Positions 56,753 to 64,000 of a stretch of DNA of 64,000 nt are shown here, in pieces. The stretch lies in contig CDLV01000007.1 in the NCBI GenBank assembly GCA_001244265.2, positions 124,001-188,000 on the forward strand, in the 5' to 3' direction. Numbering within the stretch: position 1 is the first letter of the stretch; each line of letters begins with the position of its first letter. A program made the position numbers and the translations under genes. Origin of the DNA: Microbotryum violaceum (lineage: Eukaryota). Under the pieces are notes generated by a model. The model ran no database searches. It was not told the DNA's origin and saw nothing but the letters and a program-made list of their open reading frames with translations.

Positions 56753-59138
56753 ATGCAGCACGCCCAGATCCCCGAGGCGCACGTCATGAAGCGGTTGGTC
56801 AAACGTCAACGCGCCGACGCGACCACGACACGAGCCAGAGCCGCCGCAACCACCACTCGCCGCCGCCGAGGTACGACCGCCGCCGCAGACACCACTCGCA
56901 GCAGGGCCGCCGCTGCTGCCACCACTGAGGCCGCTACGACATCGGGTGAGTTGGTCTGTTGCTTGACTACTTGCTTGTAGAACCTGGATGAGATTGGGCT
57001 TTCCTTGACTGCGGAACATGGCTCTGCGTTCGATGAGGCGCCGACGGCCTTCGGTCGGGCCGGGGGGGGGTGCAACGGTTGCGGCTCCGCGCCTGAACTA
57101 AGCTCGGCGCTGGCAAGCCGCATCTGCTTCAGCGCGAATGTCACACACATTTCGCACACACCCCTGTCTCCCATTGACTCGATCATGAAACATGTGACTG
57201 TTAATCTTGATACTGACTCTGTACCCCTTGTCTTGCTTTCTTACCTTTCCTTGCAGCCCGAGGTGCGTTTCATTTGCTTGGGTTGACATTTCATTCCTTG
57301 ATATCCTGCTCCCTTTCTCGAACCGCCTTCGCCGCGTGCCTCGACTCGACGCGGCGCGCGCGTGTTGACTGTTGCGCGTGACCGCCAAGCCGGCGGGGGC
57401 AACGCGTGCCGGGTCGGGGCCGACCGCTAGCGCATTCCGCAATCATGCAGAACTCTTAAAGCTGACACCGCATTTGCCTGCCTGTGCACTCCATCAATAC
57501 CTTGCAGTTGCCACAACGGGTGTCAATGCTGCTTCATCGGTAAGCAGCGAAATATGACGACTGGCCCCATGCCCTCCAGCGACTGACCACACTATTTTGA
57601 CTCGCTCTGGGCAAATTCGCAGCGCTCCGCCGCAGCTGTGGTCACGACCCGATCCGCCGCCGCACCTAACGCAACCAAGACAGCCGGTACCTCATTGGGG
57701 TCGACCTCGACCGCATCGAGTGGCGCTGCTGCAACCACGTCGCCCGTCGCGAGCACCGGCACCATGTCGCACGTCGGCCTCATTGTGGGCGTCGCCGTCG
57801 CCGGTATCGCCGCGCTCGCCGTCGTCTTTGGTCTCATCTTTTTCTACCGCCGCCGAAGGAACAACCGCAGCAACGCCGGCGCTTCGGTCTTCTCGAATGA
57901 CAACAACCACGGTTTCAAGAAGCACGTCAATGATGACAACGAGCTCTTTGGCAACTCGGCCGAATCGGCAGAGAAGAACGGCTTTGCCGGTGGCTTCGGC
58001 GCACCCAAGAACACCTCGAAACTCCACGACGACGGTCGAGGATCGTGGGATGCCCCGTCCTACTCGTCGCACGGCAACAGCAATCCCTACAGTAACGGCT
58101 ACAACGCGCATCTGCAGCAACACCAGCAACCGACGAATATGGGTCACCATGCGCCCTCGACAATGAACCTGCTTGACGACCACAAGCGAGTCGAACAACG
58201 CGAGATGCAGCAACACCTCGAGATGCAGCAAAAGCAACCGGAACACGCCTTTGCCGTCTCCCCCCAGGTCGCCGCCGCTGCTGCCGCTGCCAAGCCCTCC
58301 GCGAACCCCTTCGGTGGCGAGCAACAGGGTCAAGGCGCGGTTCACATCGTCAAGCGTACTTTCGAGCCCACGTTGAGCGACGAGCTCGTCCTTTTGGTGA
58401 GTGACATCTCTTCCTGAATCGACTTGGGTCTTAGGGTGTTCTTTATTCAAGCCTCAGACGACTGACTGGTGCATTCGCCCATCTCTTCTGCAGCCCGGTG
58501 ACAGCGTTCAGCTCTTGGTCCGATACGACGATGGATGGGCACTGGGCATCAACTTGGACGCCAAGGGCCCGCCCGGCAAAGGTGTCTTCCCCTTCGACTG
58601 CCTCGGCGAGGTCACTTCCGCCGCCTCACAAAGTGGTCCCCAACAGCTCCACACCATCGCCGAAGGCTCCCCCGAGACATCGTTCGCCGACGATAGCAAC
58701 CACAACAAGAATAAGAACAACAACAACCAACACGAATCGCAGACAAATCTTTCGTACGGTGCCGCTGCTCCCTCGAACGCCTCCTCGTCCAAGCTAGCTG
58801 CGTCTGCGCCCCAGTTGCCCAACCTCGCGCGCTCCGATTCCCCCATGACATTCCCTTCCTCGCAAGGCCCGTCGACAAATCAGGTCCCCTTGATCCAGAT
58901 CTCGGATGCGCAAAACGGGACAATGTCGTCTTTCCTCGACACAACATCAACCGAGAGGCGCATGTCGACCAGCTCGTTGCCGACAAGCCTCCAACCCGGT
59001 GGGCAATCCCCCGAGGCCAACCGAGAGGACGGCAGCAACCGAAGCGGCGAAAAGGGGCGAAGAACGAGCTCCTTGGTTGCGAGCCGCGACGCCGATTTGT
59101 TCCTCGCGCTCGGCGAGGTCTTGGACCGAACGCATTGA
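56753..59138 (+). CDS. Single-pass membrane protein with S/T/A-rich ectodomain and cytoplasmic SH3 (Fus1-like architecture)
   Basis: TM GLIVGVAVAGIAALAVVFGLIFFY followed by RRRR; SH3 VKRTFEPTLSDELVLL|PGDSVQLLVRYDDGWALG..KGVFPFDCL; small exons 57257-57262 and 57508-57539. Confidence 0.85.
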
Positions 59139-59976
59139 TCTCGTTCCAGACTCAATTTTGATGGCTTTTCCTCGATCGTGCTGTCGAGGATCGCCCGAAT
59201 ATAGAGAGAGAAGCCGCTGGTTCTCTCGTTTGTTGACGATTTGTTCGGATTTCGTTGTTCTCGACACTTCCTTGTTTCGCTTGGTGTTTTGCGTCCCCGT
59301 TGAGTTCGAGCTCTTTCTTGTTTCTGTTCTTTATGCTTGCTCGGCGAAACGACCTACCTCTGTATACCCTCTCTTACTTTCACTCTCTTTATGCCATTCG
59401 CTTACCTCATTGGTGTCCCTCTATCCTCCCTCTTGATTTCATTGAATTTCGGCGCTGTTCTCATCGGGTCCTTGGAGCACTATGTTTTGAGCACCCTATC
59501 TTTCTACGTTGTCGATTCTTATGTGAAATTACAGGATGTCGAACAGCGAACCTTGGGGTTTGTGTGCAATCTGGGTGGTCGTGTTCGAGATTGGTCAGTG
59601 AAGAGAGACGAAGTGAGGTGAGGAGGTAGGGTGGTGAGGTGGACGAGTCGTCTTGTTACTTTGGTGAGGTTAAAGGTGGGGTGAGAGTTAGGAGGTGAAT
59701 GGGAGGGTAAACCCGAGGCCCTGGGGTGGTCCGGTATTATCGCCAGGCTTGCGCGGGGCTCTCGCGTCGTGAGCCACCGCTCGTGGCGGCCACACCTGCG
59801 GCCGGCCAGGAAACAGATCGACAGGAGGCGCGAGGGAGTATCGAGGCGTTCAAGGAGTCAATTTTTAGCTCTCCCCCCAACTTTCCCACCCTCTTTGCCC
59901 GCGGCTAGCAACATGTTCAGGTGAGCCCTTTTTGGTTTGAGAGGGATGAAGATGCGGTGTTTGATGAACCTATTTT

Positions 59977-60712
59977 CAGCTAAATAGTACCGATCGGGCA
60001 CGCTCTGAATCCTCAGTGCTGCGCCGACTGGGTCGAAGTACGGGCTGATGCTCTCGGCCATACAGGACGGATGAGCAGTGAGCACTGATGAGTACCCGTG
60101 CCACTCGAAAGCCAAGGACGAGTGAGTCGGATCGGACGCAAACCGTTTTCACTGTTTTCAATGGCTGCCTGACCTGCGTTGACGGGTCTTCTCCTACTTG
60201 GGTGTGCAGCTTCGCTTTGTTGAAGCTTATAGCCGACGAGGGCGTCGTTCCTGGGATGAAGGCGCGCAGTTGAACGTTCTGCTTCGAGTCAGCCTTCGAC
60301 ATGACGGTCGGATCTACCTCATCGATTTCATCGATTGAGTTGAGGCGCAATTGAAATGACCAAGTCCGCCAGGATCTGTCCTTTTGTTCATGAAGGTGTA
60401 AAAAGTAGAACGATCACGCCTGAATGTCAATTATTATCGTGCTCGAATAAAGTCGTCCCAGCCGATTATTACTGACGTCTCTGGCCGCCGGCGCTTGACT
60501 TCGGAGTGGAAGCAGCTGAATGTCCATTGCAGCAATTTCTCGTACGCGTGCAGCAAAGAATAACTAGTGATACAAACCGACCCATTTTGTCCATAACACG
60601 GGGCACGGGTACTTATTGCGCACCCGTCTTGTATGGCTGAGAGCATCATCCCGTACTTCCGTCGGCTCGGCACTGAGGGCTCTGCGGGCGCCCAATCGGT
60701 GCTGTTTGACTG
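59977..60712. mobile_element. Degenerate MITE-like element with ~110-125-bp terminal inverted repeats
   Basis: 59977-60102 is the imperfect reverse complement of 60602-60712 (cctcagtgc..gaagtacgg..gatgctctc..gccataca..gtacccgtgcc). Confidence 0.65.
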
Positions 60713-61349
60713 ATCCTCGGTACACCGGACACTGCATCTCCATCCCCCACGAAACAACGGATTACTTGAACATGAGCCAAAAGAGGGTGGGAGCCGGAGG
60801 AAAGCTGGAAAATTAACTCCGTGTACTTTGCCTTACTTTTTCGGGCTTGTTCGGTCCGTGCTCCTAACTCGCCTCAATCTTTTTGGGTACTAATACCTCA
60901 GTTGCCCCCTGGACCAACCTCGTACGTCATAATCGGAGATCGCCCACACGTGAACACCGACGACCCCGTTTTCATTGCCCCAGTGTCTCTTATGGAAAAG
61001 CATAATGGCTTCGAGGTCGAAAGCGACCCCGTGTGAGGATCTGCAAGACGTTCGGGAGACGAGGGACAAGCAAAGGCCGCGGTTGCAATCTGAAAGGTTG
61101 TAAACAAGAAAGAACCCAAAAAAGGTGAACAAAACAAAAACCTCCGCTTCCACCCCTAAAAAAAGCCAAGGTACTGAAAAAGGTAAAGGTATGAAAAGAG
61201 GGAAGAGGGAGGGTGATGAAGTAAATCGTCGACCGGTCTGCACGCGATCTCCCCCCGATATGAGAATAGAGGTTGTGTAGGAGACGTCACGAGGAAAGAG
61301 AGAGCGTCAAAAAAGAGAGTACGAAGAATTATCACACCCACGTCATCCC

Positions 61350-63142
61350 CTATGCGCCGTTCGTCTGACTCTGCTGCGCCTTGCTCGCGGACGACTCCTT
61401 GAGCGCCAACAACTGCTTGGACCTGAACGCCTCGTAATGGATCTGCGCCGTCGTCTCAATCAAGTCCTGCAGATGCGTACGGGTCAAAAAGTTGCGCAGG
61501 TAGTTGAATTCGCAGTGTTGCTCGTTCTCGACGTTGATCACGCCCCAACGGTTCTTGCGCCCTCGTACGGGTTTGCCGTCGATGATAACGTTGCGTTCCG
61601 AACCGACGACGGCGAAGGGGATCATATTCTGTGCAGTTACTCTAACATCAATAATTGATCGACATCTCTCGAGTCATCATCACTTTTGTTGGCAACGCAC
61701 CCGGATCGCCTCGTTGAGCTTCCTCTCCTCGTGGTCATCATCGTCGTTGTCGAAGGGGTAGGCACGGATGCTGTGGTGGGCCAACTCGGCGCGAATCTGG
61801 TCAGGTATGGAAGGAGTTTGGAGGTGAGGAATCATCTTTGGTTGAAGGATCAGTCGCCCTACCCGGTCCAAAAACTGACCCTCTGCTTGAACTGTTCCCT
61901 CTCCTCGAGCGTCAACGAGTCACTCTTGGCAATGACAGGGACGACGTTGACGACCTCGGACAACTTTTTCATCACGGTGACGTCGAGCGCCTTGAGCGTA
62001 TGAGCCGTTGGTGCGATGAAATAGAGGCAACAGTGGATGCGGGTGTCGACGATGTACTTGTCACGCATTGCGGTCAGCTCCTTGCGCAGGTACGCCGAGT
62101 GTTGGTCCTTGATGTACTTGATGATCGGGTCCCAGCTGTGCGACCACGTTCAACGGAAAGGTGTCAGAATTCGCTAGTGACCTAGCGTCGTGCGCATACA
62201 CGCACCATCCCTCGTTGTTGATCAAATCCCCGTAGCCAGGCGTATCGACAATGTTCAAACGCAGCTTGACATTGTTCTCCTGGACGACTGTACCAAGCAC
62301 CAGTTCGCATAAAATCAGCCTCTTTGCCGCACCACTGCCGCACTCTCCACCACGCTCAGCTCACTATGGGACACGGCCTGGATCTCGGTCGTCTGTCGAA
62401 CGGGTTCGTCCGGCTCGAAGCGTCCCTTGGTGTCGATCAGGTGGGACGCAAAGATGGTGTTGATCAGGGTCGACTTGCCGAGTCCGGTTTGGCCTGCAGA
62501 TAGACAGGGAGGTAGGTGATGGGCAGGCGGGTCGAAGGTGAGGAGTGAGTCGGGGTAAACAGTGTTAGTGCCACATCGAGCATCCTGTATTATCCCCATC
62601 CTATCGAGTCCATGTGGCGTGCCGCACGTGGCCCCAGAGCACGGGTAAGGGAGGAGGTCCGAGCGCGGGCGAGCGACGGAGGTGCGATGCCCCTACTGCG
62701 ACTCCTCTCAGCCTCTACAGCCTTCCCATAACGTCCCTATGTTTTGCTCATGTGCACGTCCATCTCAAAGGGGGGAGGACTGTCTGGTTGACGCACCAAC
62801 GGCGATGACATTGAATTGGAAGCCGCGCTGTGAGACACACGTCACAGTCAGCTCCCCTGCGCCCCCTCCAGTTCAGTTCTAACGAGGTGGTCCCGACTGA
62901 CCTTGAGCAACTTGTGTTCAATCTGGCGAGTGATCGAATCGAAGCCGACACTGAGGGTGAGTTCCGCAGCGCAAGGCACGGACAGGATTCGACCACGCGA
63001 TGATGGGGGCGGCACGCGTGTCAGTCAAGCTACGCGGCAGGCAGGTCACACCAGACTACAGCGAGGGGCAGTTGTGCACTGACTAGGAGTTGAGTCGGGT
63101 AATGTCGGCCGAGACTTGTGGGGCAACATCAACGAGGGCCAT
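61350..63142 (-). CDS. CDC10: Septin, Cdc10/Spn2/AspD class
   Basis: SYVGFDSITRQIEHKLLKRGFQFNV; P-loop GQTGLGKST; DTPGYGD; VIAKSD; PFAVVGS; RGRKNRWG; no C-terminal coiled coil. Confidence 0.95.
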
Positions 63143-64000
63143 TTTGGGGGATGGGAGATGGGGGATGGGATGATGGTGCGGTGGGAGAAAGGCAGGGAAG
63201 CGCGCTCATGATGGGCACCGGGTGAGCGCCGAAAAGAGGCTCGAGCGCAGCGCCGGTGCCAGGTACTGCCGAGACAGTGATCGGCGCTGTACATGTGACA
63301 AGTTAGACTCGGAGAAGCTACATAGTTCTAGTTCAAGACGGGTTCAACTGCACTGAGAGATAAGCCCAATTATCCGAGCTCGGCATGATTTACTGCATTC
63401 CCGGGCCGAACATCCATCCAACCTCCGACTTTACGGACGCCCAAACTCCAGCGCAGGTTGGCAGCGAAGCCTTGCCCACCCCTTAAGTTCCTCAAATCGA
63501 CGAGGAGGACACGACCAATCCTCCCTTCGAAGGACCTGTTCTCTTGGCCAACTCAGGAGGTAGAGCCCATCACCCTCGATCTCCACTCTGCGATTGCTCC
63601 ATGAGGTTCAACTCAATCTTGTGTGCGTCAAAATATTCGTCGGCGTCGACCGTGGCTCTCGCCATGATAACAGTCCAAAAGGAACTCGCTCGAATCTCTC
63701 CAACAACTCCCCATCCTTATACAAATCATCTCACGTCCATACGTCCCCACCACATTCCAAATTGTCGTACGCATCTGGTACTCTTTGTGCTATGCCCGCC
63801 AGCACAGTCGCGCTCGACTCACTCCCAAAGTTCCAGGCCTCCTCTGATCCGCTAGGACGATTTCCACCGGTAATGTCATTCTAGCTCATCCGAGCAACAA
63901 AAGTCGACAGCTCCTCTCGAAGATGGCATCTTGGCGGTACCGACGCCGACTACGATGGGCGACTTGCTCAAGTTCTTGTTCCCATCGAGCCCGTAGCACC

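Noticed and set aside
63480-64000. Possible minus-strand gene end at the window edge
   Set aside because: No consistent exon chain or recognisable domain could be built.

Overview
Eukaryotic, intron-rich, GC-rich fungal nuclear DNA. Splice signals and gene content suggest a basidiomycete, probably Microbotryomycetes/Pucciniomycotina (inference). Recognisable host genes are CWF19L1/DRN1, RFA1 (RPA70), an insulysin/STE23 M16 peptidase ending in SKL, a HYPK-like protein, MRP51, a Fus1-like TM-SH3 protein and the septin CDC10. A full-length Ty1/copia element (TSD GATGG) and an inverted solo LTR of the same family (TSD CTCGC) both interrupt one secreted DUF7029/DUF7223-type gene. The 5' end of the copia element is a concatemer of LTR ends. 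Each end is followed by a copy of an initiator tRNA-Met 5' half, up to tRNA positions 40 to 10, and the series ends in a fold-back, which looks like a fossil of aberrant plus-strand transfer. Some LTR copies carry a 97-bp GT..AG segment that others lack precisely. A tandem duplication between RFA1 and HYPK left four diverged, mosaic paralogs of an orphan 7-TM GPCR-like gene, while the co-duplicated neighbours decayed to fragments. Also present: two internally deleted Helitrons, a ~180-bp tandem repeat, a tRNA-like pseudogene, a probable second-family solo LTR, a MITE-like element and an AT-rich relic resembling a mitochondrial linear-plasmid RNA polymerase. All family calls come from motif recognition by eye; no database search was run.
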